From positions 813 to 64,812 of the forward strand of contig NZ_JBKBNC010000008.1 in the NCBI RefSeq assembly GCF_046295495.1: DNA of 64,000 bases. Direction: 5' to 3'. Made by a program: the position numbers and the translations under genes. Under the pieces are notes generated by a model that saw only the letters and a program-made list of their open reading frames with translations, was not told where the DNA came from and searched no databases. The DNA comes from Microbacterium sp. (GTDB taxonomy: Bacteria; Actinomycetota; Actinomycetes; Actinomycetales; Microbacteriaceae). Below are positions 35,257 to 43,485 of this stretch, in pieces; within the stretch, counting starts at the first letter, position 1; each line of letters starts with the position of its first letter.

Positions 35257-35363
35257 GCCTCCAGGCTAGCCAGGGGCCGTCCGCGCACCGGAGGGCAGGC
35301 GTCGACGCGGCCGTTGTGACACAATCCGCCTCTCCCCGGCCCGGGAAGCCGGCACCGACCCGC

Positions 35364-35369
35364 CATAAT
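35364..35369 (+). promoter_or_regulatory. -10 hexamer CATAAT 6 nt before GTG 35376 (leaderless purC predicted)
   Basis: Read directly. Confidence 0.45.
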
Positions 35370-35375
35370 GAGCGG

Positions 35376-36308
35376 GTGACCCCCGCTCCCCCGTTCGAGC
35401 TCCCCGGCTGGCGCCACGTCTACTCCGGCAAGGTGCGCGACCTCTTCGTCCCCGCCGACACCGCCGACGGCGCGAAGCCGGCCCACCTCCTCGTCGTCGC
35501 CAGCGACCGCGTGAGCGCCTTCGACCACGTGCTCTCCCCCGGCATCCCCGACAAGGGCGTCCTCCTGACCACGCTCAGCCTGTGGTGGTTCGACCGGCTC
35601 GCCGGCGCCGAGGGCGGCCGCGCGGTCCCCAACCACCTCGCCGCCGACCACGCCCTCGACGGCGACGACGCCGTCGCCCTCATCCCGGATGCCGTGCAGG
35701 GGCGCGCGATGCTCGTGCGCGCCCTCGACATGCAGCCGATCGAGTGCGTCGTGCGCGGCTACCTCACCGGCTCCGGCTGGGCCGAGTACCGGTCGGCGGG
35801 CACGGTCTGCGGCATCCCGCTCCCCGAGGGTCTGAACGACGGCGACCGCCTCCCGGAGCCGCTGTACACCCCCGCGTTCAAGGCGCCGATGGGCGAGCAC
35901 GACGAGAACATCACGTTCGAACGCTCCGTCGAGATCGTCGGTGCCGAGACAGCCGAGGCGCTGCGCGATCTGTCGCTCGAGATCTACCGTCGCGCGGCGG
36001 CCACCGCCGAGGCGCACGGCCTGATCCTCGCCGACACGAAGTTCGAGTTCGGCTACGACGGCGACGGCGTGCTCACCCTCGCCGACGAGGTGCTCACCTC
36101 CGACTCTTCTCGCTACTGGGATGCCGAAGCCTGGCGCACCGGCTCCACCCCCGCCGAGCGCATGGCGAGCTTCGACAAGCAGATCGTGCGCGACTGGCTC
36201 GCCGCGAACTGGGACAAGCAGGGCGAGCCCCCCGCCCTCCCCGCCGAGATCGTCACCCGCACCCGCGACCGCTACGCGACCCTGTTGCACCTGCTGACGG
36301 CGTCCTGA
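35376..36308 (+). CDS. purC: Phosphoribosylaminoimidazole-succinocarboxamide synthase
   Basis: Motifs LPGWRHVYSGKVRDLF, VASDRVSAFD, ADTKFEFG. Start GTG 35376 is favoured by the -10 position; the track alternative is GTG 35316. Confidence 0.9.
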   Translation: MTPAPPFELPGWRHVYSGKVRDLFVPADTADGAKPAHLLVVASDRVSAFDHVLSPGIPDKGVLLTTLSLWWFDRLAGAEGGRAVPNHLAADHALDGDDAVALIPDAVQGRAMLVRALDMQPIECVVRGYLTGSGWAEYRSAGTVCGIPLPEGLNDGDRLPEPLYTPAFKAPMGEHDENITFERSVEIVGAETAEALRDLSLEIYRRAAATAEAHGLILADTKFEFGYDGDGVLTLADEVLTSDSSRYWDAEAWRTGSTPAERMASFDKQIVRDWLAANWDKQGEPPALPAEIVTRTRDRYATLLHLLTAS

Positions 36309-36354
36309 GCTCGTCCGCACGAGGTTCCCCCGCCCCCATCCCCCGAGGAGACCC

Positions 36355-37692
36355 ATGTTCCGCTGGAAGCTGCACGGCAACGGCCGCACCGTCGCCCCCG
36401 GAGCCGTCGTCGCCCCGGGCGAGCGCCTGAACTGGGGCGCCACGGCCGCCATCGGCCTGCAGCACGTCATCGCGATGTTCGGCGCCACCTTCCTGGTGCC
36501 CGTGCTCACCGGGTTCCCGGTCTCGACGACGCTGCTGTTCTCGGGAGTGGGCACGCTCCTCTTCCTGCTCGTCACGCGCAACCGCCTCCCCAGCTACCTG
36601 GGGTCGTCGTTCGCGTTCATCGCGCCCATCACCGCCGCCACCACCACCGCCGGCACGGGATCCGCCCTCGCGGGCATCGTGGCCGTCGGCATCCTGCTCA
36701 CCGCGATCGGATTCGTGGTGCAGTTCGCGGGTCTGGGGTGGGTCGACAAGGTGATGCCGCCGGTGGTGGCCGGCGCGATCGTGGCGCTGATCGGCTTCAA
36801 CCTCGCTCCCGTCGCCTGGCAGAACTTCCAGCTCCAGCCGCTGCCCGGCACGATCACCCTCATCGCGGTGATCCTGTTCAGCGTGCTGTTCCGCGGGTTC
36901 GTCGGACGCATCTCGATCTTCCTCGGGGTCATCGTGGGCTACCTCGCCACGGTGCTGATCCAGCTGACGACCGGGGAGGTCCTCATCGACTTCTCCGTGG
37001 TCGACGCCGCCCCCTGGGTCGGTCTGCCCACGTTCCAGATCGCCGACTTCGCCTCCGCCCAGACGTGGTCGGTCATCGCGATGTTCCTGCCCGTCGTGCT
37101 CGTGCTCGTGGCCGAGAACGTCGGTCACGTGCGCGGGGTCGCCGCGATGACGGATGCCACGGCCAACCGCTCGACCGGTCGTGCCCTCATCGCCGACGGC
37201 GTCGCCACGACGCTCGCCGGCACCTTCGGCGGCTCGGGCACCACCACGTACGGCGAGAACATCGGCGTGATGGCCGCGACGCGCGTCTACTCCACCGCGG
37301 TCTACTGGGTCGCCGGTCTCACAGCGATCGTGCTGAGCCTCTCGCCGAAGGTCGGCGCGGTGTTCAACACCATCCCGCCGGGCGTGCTGGGCGGGGTGAC
37401 CACCGCGCTCTACGGCCTGATCGGCATCATCGGCATCAAGATCTGGGTCGACAACCGAGTCGACTTCTCGCGCCCGGTCAACCAGTACACCGGTGCCGTG
37501 GCGCTGGTGCTGGCGATCGCCGGCTTCACGATGCAGTGGGGCGACTTCCAGCTCGGCGCCATCGTCCTCGGCTCCGTCGCCGCCCTGGTGATCTACCACC
37601 TGGGCAACGCCATCGCGCGCGCCCGCAAGACCGGCGCCGATGACGGCGGCCCCATCCCCGCCGTGGGTCCGCTGGGCGGCGATCCGGCCTGA
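36355..37692 (+). CDS. NCS2-family nucleobase (uracil/xanthine-type) permease
   Basis: 445-aa ORF with GAGGAG SD, 46 nt after purC. Motifs GLQHVIAMFGATFLVP and TTTYGENIGVMAATRV. Confidence 0.85.
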   Translation: MFRWKLHGNGRTVAPGAVVAPGERLNWGATAAIGLQHVIAMFGATFLVPVLTGFPVSTTLLFSGVGTLLFLLVTRNRLPSYLGSSFAFIAPITAATTTAGTGSALAGIVAVGILLTAIGFVVQFAGLGWVDKVMPPVVAGAIVALIGFNLAPVAWQNFQLQPLPGTITLIAVILFSVLFRGFVGRISIFLGVIVGYLATVLIQLTTGEVLIDFSVVDAAPWVGLPTFQIADFASAQTWSVIAMFLPVVLVLVAENVGHVRGVAAMTDATANRSTGRALIADGVATTLAGTFGGSGTTTYGENIGVMAATRVYSTAVYWVAGLTAIVLSLSPKVGAVFNTIPPGVLGGVTTALYGLIGIIGIKIWVDNRVDFSRPVNQYTGAVALVLAIAGFTMQWGDFQLGAIVLGSVAALVIYHLGNAIARARKTGADDGGPIPAVGPLGGDPA

Positions 37693-37940
37693 GACGCCGG
37701 CTCGCCGGCATCCGGTGGTCTCGTGCGGAACCTCCCCCGCCCGGGTCCGGCACGGCTCGGGACGGTGTCCGCACCCCTCGGGTGATGCCGGACGCCCGCC
37801 CCACGCCCGCCTCGGCGCGGGCGGCGGTTTCGCGCGCGCCCCTCGCCCGGCCCGGCCTGCCGGGCGGCTCCCGTAAACTGGGCGAGGCGTGTCGGGAAGT
37901 CTGGTCGACGATTCGTCGATCGACCCCTCAGGAGCTCCCC

Positions 37941-39284
37941 ATGAACCACGACATCGCACGCGCCCCACGGTGGCCCGGATACGCCGAAGTCCACCGCGTC
38001 ACGACCCTTCTGCGCCGCGAATCCATCGGGGGGATGCTGCTGGTCGTCGCCGCCATCGCGGCGATCGCCTGGGCCAACTCCCCCGCGTCCGACGCCTACT
38101 TCGCGCTGCGTGACTTCCGTTTCGGCTTCGCGCCCTGGCACCTGGAGCTCAGCGTCGGCGCCTGGGCGGCCGACGGGCTCCTCGCCGTCTTCTTCTTCAT
38201 GGTGGGCCTCGAGCTCAAGCGCGAGATCGTCGTCGGGAGTCTCCGCCGCTTCGGTACCGCCATCGTCCCGGTGACCGCCGCCGTCGCGGGTGTCGCCGTG
38301 CCCGCGCTCATCTACGTCGCGATCGTGCACACCCAGCCGAGCCTCCTCGCCGGATGGGCGATCCCCACGGCGACCGACATCGCCTTCGCGGTGGCCGTCC
38401 TCGCCCTCGTCGGCTCCCACCTCCCGGGCCCGCTGCGCATCTTCCTGCTGACCCTCGCCGTGGTCGACGACCTCATCGCGATCGCGATCATCGCGGTCTT
38501 CTACACCAGCGACATCTCCCTGCTGCCCCTCGCGGTGTTCGCGGTGCTCGTGGTGGTCTACGGCGTGATCGCCCACCGCGGGCGGGCGTGGTTCGCGCGC
38601 CACGGGTGGGCCGCGTGGGTCGTGCTCCTGCCCATCGGCTTCGCCGCCTGGGCGTTCCTGCACGCCTCGGGCGTGCACGCCACGATCGCCGGCGTGGCCC
38701 TCGCCTTCACGATTCCCGTCGCCGCGTCGCGGCGTCAGCCGCAGCTGCGCGGGATGGACCTCGCGGAGCAGTTCGAGCACCGCTTCCGCCCGCTGTCGGC
38801 GGGGATCGCCGTGCCCATCTTCGCCTTCTTCGCCGCGGGCGTCTCGGTGGGCGGCGCCGACGGGCTCCTGCGGGCCGTGATGGATCCCGTGACGATCGGC
38901 GTCGTCGCCGGACTCGTGCTCGGCAAGCCCATCGGCATCCTTCTGGGCGTGCGCCTGCTCACCCTCGTCACGCGCGTGCGGCTCGACCCGGCCCTGAAGT
39001 GGATCGACCTCGCGGGGGTCGGCCTCCTCGCGGGGATCGGCTTCACCGTGTCGCTGCTGATCGCCGAGCTGAGCTTCCCCGAGGGCTCACCCCACACCGA
39101 CGACGCCAAGATCGCCATCATGGTGGCCTCGCTGCTGGCATCCGTGCTGGCCGCGGCCGTGCTGCTCGTGCGCAACCGGCGCTACAAGCAGCTCGCGCTG
39201 GCCGAAGAAGTGGATGCCGACGGCGACGACGTCCCCGACGTGTACCAGCAGCCGCAGCGACGCTCTCCCCGCGACGAGTCCTGA
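37941..39284 (+). CDS. nhaA: Na+/H+ antiporter NhaA
   Basis: ORF 37782..39284 trimmed to ATG 37941, with AGGAG SD. Motifs FFFMVGLELKRE, GWAIPTATDIAFA, LTLAVVDDL. Confidence 0.9.
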   Translation: MNHDIARAPRWPGYAEVHRVTTLLRRESIGGMLLVVAAIAAIAWANSPASDAYFALRDFRFGFAPWHLELSVGAWAADGLLAVFFFMVGLELKREIVVGSLRRFGTAIVPVTAAVAGVAVPALIYVAIVHTQPSLLAGWAIPTATDIAFAVAVLALVGSHLPGPLRIFLLTLAVVDDLIAIAIIAVFYTSDISLLPLAVFAVLVVVYGVIAHRGRAWFARHGWAAWVVLLPIGFAAWAFLHASGVHATIAGVALAFTIPVAASRRQPQLRGMDLAEQFEHRFRPLSAGIAVPIFAFFAAGVSVGGADGLLRAVMDPVTIGVVAGLVLGKPIGILLGVRLLTLVTRVRLDPALKWIDLAGVGLLAGIGFTVSLLIAELSFPEGSPHTDDAKIAIMVASLLASVLAAAVLLVRNRRYKQLALAEEVDADGDDVPDVYQQPQRRSPRDES

Positions 39285-39339
39285 CCCGCACGACGGGGAC
39301 GCGGTCGGCGGGGGACACGGCCGGATCGGAACACGCGAA

Positions 39340-39367
39340 CGCCCCGCACCTGTCGAGGTGCGGGGCG
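39340..39367. terminator. Bidirectional terminator, 11-bp perfect stem CGCCCCGCACC-N6-GGTGCGGGGCG
   Basis: Read directly, between convergent nhaA (+) and the 39381 gene (-). Confidence 0.65.
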
Positions 39368-39380
39368 CGGTGGTCGAGGG

Positions 39381-39722
39381 TCAGGCGGCGGCGGCGAGCT
39401 GAACGCGGTGGGCGTCCTCGTGCTGCTGCCAGGTGGCGGCGTCGACCATGAGACCGGCGGAGGTCGCGGCCTGATCGGCGAGCTGGCGGAGATAACCGCC
39501 GGACAGCCGCTGCGACTCCGACGAGGCGTACTGGAAGCGCATCGAGATCGCGGGCTGCACCCACAGGGTGGTGCGGGCGTGGTGGGCCGCGATGTCGGTC
39601 CACGTGATGGTGAAGGACTCGCCTCGACGCAGCTTGGTCGCGAGCACGACCTGCAGGTACTGCAGCAGACGGTCGTCGATCTCGATCGACTGAGGGTCGG
39701 AACCGTAGAAGAGCTTTCCCAT
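39381..39722 (-). CDS. Conserved actinobacterial hypothetical protein (113 aa); I recall homologs mislabelled as ATP-dependent DNA ligase
   Basis: Clean ORF with good GC3. Sequence MGKLFYGSDPQSIEIDDRLLQYLQVVLATKLRRGESF... No catalytic motifs recognised. Confidence 0.6.
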   Translation of the reverse strand: MGKLFYGSDPQSIEIDDRLLQYLQVVLATKLRRGESFTITWTDIAAHHARTTLWVQPAISMRFQYASSESQRLSGGYLRQLADQAATSAGLMVDAATWQQHEDAHRVQLAAAA

Positions 39723-39746
39723 GAGGACTCCTGATCGTTCGGGTGC

Positions 39747-39914
39747 TTACAAGACGAGGGGGGCGAGGACGCCGAGGCCGGCCACCGAGACGACCATGGC
39801 CGAAGCGGTCACGGCGACGAACCGCCGACGGGCGGCGACGCCCAGGGCGGAAGGCACGAACGTGGAGCGGCGCAGACCAGAGGTCTGGGCCCAGGGAAGA
39901 GCGGCGAGAGTCAT
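39747..39914 (-). CDS. Putative 55-aa small protein with C-terminal TM segment
   Basis: ORF 39747..39968 trimmed to ATG 39914, with AAAGGA SD. Arg-rich N-part (RRSTF, ARRRF) then VAVTASAMVVSVAGLGVLAPLVL. It ends 24 nt upstream of the 39722 gene. Confidence 0.4.
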   Translation of the reverse strand: MTLAALPWAQTSGLRRSTFVPSALGVAARRRFVAVTASAMVVSVAGLGVLAPLVL

Positions 39915-40051
39915 CGTGAGCGTCCTTTCGTTCGGCATCCGAGATCGTTCGCCTCGGTTGATGATCAACGTAACATGTAATTAACCGGCTTAGGTAACTT
40001 CGTTGAGTGTCACGGGGATTGACAATCACTGAACGTAAAGGTCAGTCTGGG

Positions 40052-40070
40052 TACCTAAGACGGTTAGGTA
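40052..40070. promoter_or_regulatory. Inverted repeat TACCTAA-N5-TTAGGTA overlapping a TATAGT -10 (40069-40074); likely MarR operator
   Basis: Read directly in the ~45% GC divergent intergenic region. A third half-site CTTAGGTAAC lies at 39989-39998. Confidence 0.55.
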
Positions 40071-40106
40071 TAGTCGTGAGTGGCAGGTGACACGGGGAGA
40101 GTTCCG

Positions 40107-40589
40107 ATGAATGCAGACACGGGTGAGACGTCGCCCCTCATGGCGGCTCTGGTGCTGTTCTGCGCGGAGCGCGACAGCGCGGCCGCCCGGGCCCGGAAGC
40201 AGCTCGGGGTCAACGAGCTCGACGCCAAAGCACTCGCCTACGTCGGCACGAACCCCGGGGTGCGCCCCTCCGAACTCGCCGGTCACCTCGGCGTCACCTC
40301 TGCGGGCGTCACCACCATGGTCGAGCGACTCGTGCGACGCGGCATCCTGCGTCGCGAGGCCGATGAGACCGACCGCCGCGTCAACCACATCCACCTCGAT
40401 GTCGATCTGGAGAAAGAGCCCTGGTCGCAGCTCGCGCACTTCCAGGACACGTTCCGGCGGATCGTGCAGCAGCTCGACCCCGGTACAGAGGCCGACTTCG
40501 CCGCCTTCCTCCGGCACGCCGCACTCGCCGCGAGCGAACAGGCATCCCGGGTCGACCGCGCCGCGGTGACGGGCGCGTCGGCGGCCTGA
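40107..40589 (+). CDS. MarR-family transcriptional regulator
   Basis: wHTH RPSELAGHLGVTSAGVTTMVERLVRRGILRREADETDRRV. ATG 40107 has a GGGGAGAG SD. The alternative is a leaderless GTG 40080, as in the track. Confidence 0.85.
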   Translation: MNADTGETSPLMAALVLFCAERDSAAARARKQLGVNELDAKALAYVGTNPGVRPSELAGHLGVTSAGVTTMVERLVRRGILRREADETDRRVNHIHLDVDLEKEPWSQLAHFQDTFRRIVQQLDPGTEADFAAFLRHAALAASEQASRVDRAAVTGASAA

Positions 40590-41006
40590 TTACGCCTGCG
40601 TCTCCGCGGCGAGGCGCTCCATGTGCTCGACCGACTTGCGCTGCAGGAACGCGCAGAGATCCGCCGCCCAGGCGATCTCGCGACAGAGGTCGTAGACCGC
40701 CTCCGGCGACAGTTCGGTCACCTCGGGCTGCGCCTCGAAGGTGACCCGCCAGTCGGGGACGCCGACGGCGATGGGCGCCAGGTACACCGAGGTCGTCGCG
40801 TTGCCGAGCGGGAAGATCACCAGACCACTGTCGACACCGTCGACGGGCTCCTGATCGGCCACGTAGGCGATGCCACCGCCCCCCACGCCACTGGCGGCGT
40901 ATTCGTCGAGCCAGGCCTGCAATGTGTCTTTACTGCGGAACGGCACCTCGCGGCCCCTTCTGATCGACCCGGCGGATGGACTCCCGCCAGAGGAATCGTA
41001 CGTCAT
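40590..41006 (-). CDS. Hypothetical protein (138 aa)
   Basis: Clean ORF. Its stop codon abuts the MarR stop (zero gap, convergent). No family recognised. Confidence 0.5.
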   Translation of the reverse strand: MTYDSSGGSPSAGSIRRGREVPFRSKDTLQAWLDEYAASGVGGGGIAYVADQEPVDGVDSGLVIFPLGNATTSVYLAPIAVGVPDWRVTFEAQPEVTELSPEAVYDLCREIAWAADLCAFLQRKSVEHMERLAAETQA

Positions 41007-41079
41007 CCTGGACGCAGGCCATCAACGCCGGGCCCGCTCCGCCGCCGCCCGCGCGACCCGAGCCCTCTCGCGGCCGAGC

Positions 41080-41110
41080 TTGACCCTCACGCCACGTGAG
41101 GGCCGAGCCT
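41080..41110 (+). promoter_or_regulatory. MerR-type promoter: TTGACC -35, 19-nt spacer containing palindrome CCCTCACG-CCA-CGTGAGGG, GAGCCT -10, 6 nt before ATG 41117
   Basis: Read directly. A 19-bp spacer with an internal dyad is the classic MerR/TipA operator layout. Confidence 0.5.
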
Positions 41111-41116
41111 GGGGTC

Positions 41117-41644
41117 ATGGAAGACACCTTCGACGCCTTCGACGTCAGCCCCGTCCCCCCGCCCGGCCCCGACGCCGTCGCCCCGCCGCCGTTCCGCGGC
41201 ATCTACGGGATGCCGATGTTCGTCAGCCTCCCGACGGCCGACCTCGCCGCGTCCGTCGACTTCTGGACCGAGGGACTCGGTTTCTTCGAGCTGTTCGCCT
41301 TCCCGGGGCGCATGGTGCACCTGCGGAGGTGGGCCTTCCAAGACGTGCTGCTCGTGGCGGGCGAGACCCCGGCGAGCGCCCCGACGGGGAGCGTGAGCTT
41401 CGCGTGCGTCCTCGATCAGATCGAGCCGCTGGTCGAGGCCCTTCGCCTCGTGGGCGCCGAGGTGCACCCGCACGACACCCCCTGGAACACCCGCGACCTC
41501 GAGGTGGTCACGCCCGAGAACGCCCGGGTCGTGTTCACGGCCGCCAAGGTGTTCGATCCGTCCACGGCGGAAGGCCGCAGCCTGCAGGCCGTCGGCATCG
41601 GTCGCGACGACGAGGGACGGCACGACAATGGACGACATGACTGA
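41117..41644 (+). CDS. VOC (glyoxalase/bleomycin-resistance) family protein
   Basis: ATG 41117 preferred because the track GTG 41096 lies inside the operator dyad. Paired beta-alpha-beta-beta-beta features (MFVSLPTADLAASVDFWTEGLGF, VHPHDTPWNTRDLEVVTPEN). Confidence 0.6.
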   Translation: MEDTFDAFDVSPVPPPGPDAVAPPPFRGIYGMPMFVSLPTADLAASVDFWTEGLGFFELFAFPGRMVHLRRWAFQDVLLVAGETPASAPTGSVSFACVLDQIEPLVEALRLVGAEVHPHDTPWNTRDLEVVTPENARVVFTAAKVFDPSTAEGRSLQAVGIGRDDEGRHDNGRHD

Positions 41645-41657
41645 CAAGGGGCAGGGG

Positions 41658-42434
41658 ATGCCGGTGGGCGAGACCGCCGCGCGGCTCGGGCTCACCGTGC
41701 GCACCCTGCACCACTGGGACGAGATCGGGCTCGCCCGCCCCGCCGCGCGCTCGGGTGCGGGATACCGGCTCTACACCGACGCCGATCTCGAGCGCCTGCG
41801 CCGCATCACGGTCTACCGCGAGCTGGGCCTCGATCTCGACGCCATCCGCTCGATCATCGACGAACCGGGCGATGACGTCGTCGAGAGCCTGCGGGTGCAG
41901 CGCGCGCAGCTCTCGCAGCGCATCGCACGGTTGCGCGAGGTCGACGACGATCTCGCGCGCATGATCGAGGCGCAGGAGCGCGGCGTCCTGCTCTCCGACG
42001 ACGAGCAGCGCGCGGCATTCGGACCCGGGTGGGACCCGCGGTGGCCCGCCGAAGCGCGCGCGCACTACGGCGCGTCATCGTCCTGGCAGGAGTACGCCGA
42101 ACGCTCCGCCGGCCGGTCCGCCGATGACTGGGCGGCCGTGATGCAGACCGTCTCGGCCGTCGACGCGGAGTTGGGCGCGGCACTCGAGGCCGGCATCCGA
42201 CCCGGCGACGACGCGGCGAACGACCTCGTCGAGCGCCATCGCGCGGTCTACTCGGCGTTCTTCCCCCTGACGCGGGGGATGCAGGTGCACCTGGGGCGGA
42301 TGTACGCGGACGACCCGCGCTTCGCGGCGCACTACGACGGGGTGCGCCCCGGCCTGGCTGTCTGGCTGCGCGACGCGATCGAGGCCGGCGCCCGCGCGCA
42401 CGGCATCGACCCCGACACCGTCGAGTGGGGGTGA
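41658..42434 (+). CDS. MerR-family regulator with TipAS-like antibiotic-recognition C-domain
   Basis: HTH MPVGETAARLGLTVRTLHHWDEIGL...GYRLYT. C-terminal motifs (WQEY, YADDPRFAAHYD). Starts are possible at 41628, 41637 or 41658; 41658 has an AAGGGG SD. Confidence 0.8.
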   Translation: MPVGETAARLGLTVRTLHHWDEIGLARPAARSGAGYRLYTDADLERLRRITVYRELGLDLDAIRSIIDEPGDDVVESLRVQRAQLSQRIARLREVDDDLARMIEAQERGVLLSDDEQRAAFGPGWDPRWPAEARAHYGASSSWQEYAERSAGRSADDWAAVMQTVSAVDAELGAALEAGIRPGDDAANDLVERHRAVYSAFFPLTRGMQVHLGRMYADDPRFAAHYDGVRPGLAVWLRDAIEAGARAHGIDPDTVEWG

Positions 42435-42437
42435 GCG

Positions 42438-43451
42438 TCAGGCCGAGGCGCGCTCGATGACCTCGGTCGGCAGGATGGTGGCGTGCGGAGCCGGCCGACC
42501 CGCCAGGATGTCGAGCAGCACGGAGGCCATGTGCCGCCCCTGCGTGAGGGAGGGCTGGCGCACGGTGGTCAGCGCCGGGCTGAGCGAGGTCGACACGGCG
42601 GAGTCGTCGAAGCCCATCACGGCGACGTCGCGGCCCGGCTCCAGGCCCCGCTCGCGCAGCACGCCGTACGCCCCGCGCGCCATCAGGTCGCTCGCGACGA
42701 ACAGGGCGTCGAGGTCCTCCCCGGCCGAGAGGATGCGGTCCATCGCCAGCGCGCCGCCCATCTCGGTGAAGTCGCCGTTCTCGACGGCCACGGGCTCCAG
42801 CCCCGCCTCGGCCATCGCGTCGCGGAAGCCCTGCAGGCGGTCGATGCCGGCGGGCATGTCGGGCGGGCCCGAGATCGTCGCGACGCGGCGATGGCCCCGC
42901 GCGAGCAGGTAGGCGGTGGCGGCCCGCCCGCCCTCGACGTTGTCGACGTCGACGTAGTAGTCGTCGGCGCGCACACGCGCGGGGCGTCCGCCGTAGACGA
43001 CCGGGACGACGTCGGCGACGCGGTCGAGGAAGGTGTCACTGGTGTGGTGCGAGGCGACGATGGCCCCGTCGACGCTGCCGCCGCGCAGGTATCCGAGCGC
43101 CTTCGCGCTGGCGTCGTCGCTGGCGATCAGCATGTTCATGATGTAGTCGGACTCCCCGATCACCTCTCCGATGCCGGCGACGATCGAGGCGAAGAACGGG
43201 TCGCCGAAGAAGCGGTCGGTCTGCTCCGGGATGACCAGGGCGATCGCCCGGGTCTGGCGGCTCGCGAGGGAGCGCGCCGCGCGATTGGGAACGTATTGCA
43301 GTTCGTCGATCGCGCGGCGCACGGCCTCGAGAGCGGAGGGGGAGACGGCGGTCGACCCGTTGACCACGCGCGACACCGTCGAGCGCGACACACCTGCCCG
43401 CGCCGCGACCTCTTCGATCGTGGCGGTGCCGCGTGCGGGTGCGATCTCCAT
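42438..43451 (-). CDS. LacI-family regulator, CebR-like
   Basis: ORF 42438..43514 trimmed to ATG 43451. HTH TIEEVAARAGVSRSTVSRVVNG. It is the last gene of the cellobiose-type operon that carries CebR boxes. Confidence 0.85.
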   Translation of the reverse strand: MEIAPARGTATIEEVAARAGVSRSTVSRVVNGSTAVSPSALEAVRRAIDELQYVPNRAARSLASRQTRAIALVIPEQTDRFFGDPFFASIVAGIGEVIGESDYIMNMLIASDDASAKALGYLRGGSVDGAIVASHHTSDTFLDRVADVVPVVYGGRPARVRADDYYVDVDNVEGGRAATAYLLARGHRRVATISGPPDMPAGIDRLQGFRDAMAEAGLEPVAVENGDFTEMGGALAMDRILSAGEDLDALFVASDLMARGAYGVLRERGLEPGRDVAVMGFDDSAVSTSLSPALTTVRQPSLTQGRHMASVLLDILAGRPAPHATILPTEVIERASA

Positions 43452-43485
43452 CACTGTGCCTCCTGGCGAACCCGGCGGGCGGGCT

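Noticed and set aside
39915-40106. Sharp GC drop (about 45%) as a possible mobile-element or island boundary
   Set aside because: The stretch is only ~190 nt. It contains divergent promoter and operator features, and no integrase, transposase, tRNA or direct-repeat boundaries.
41096-41116. GTG 41096 start for the VOC gene
   Set aside because: It lies inside the MerR-type operator dyad, upstream of the predicted -10. ATG 41117 fits the leaderless geometry.
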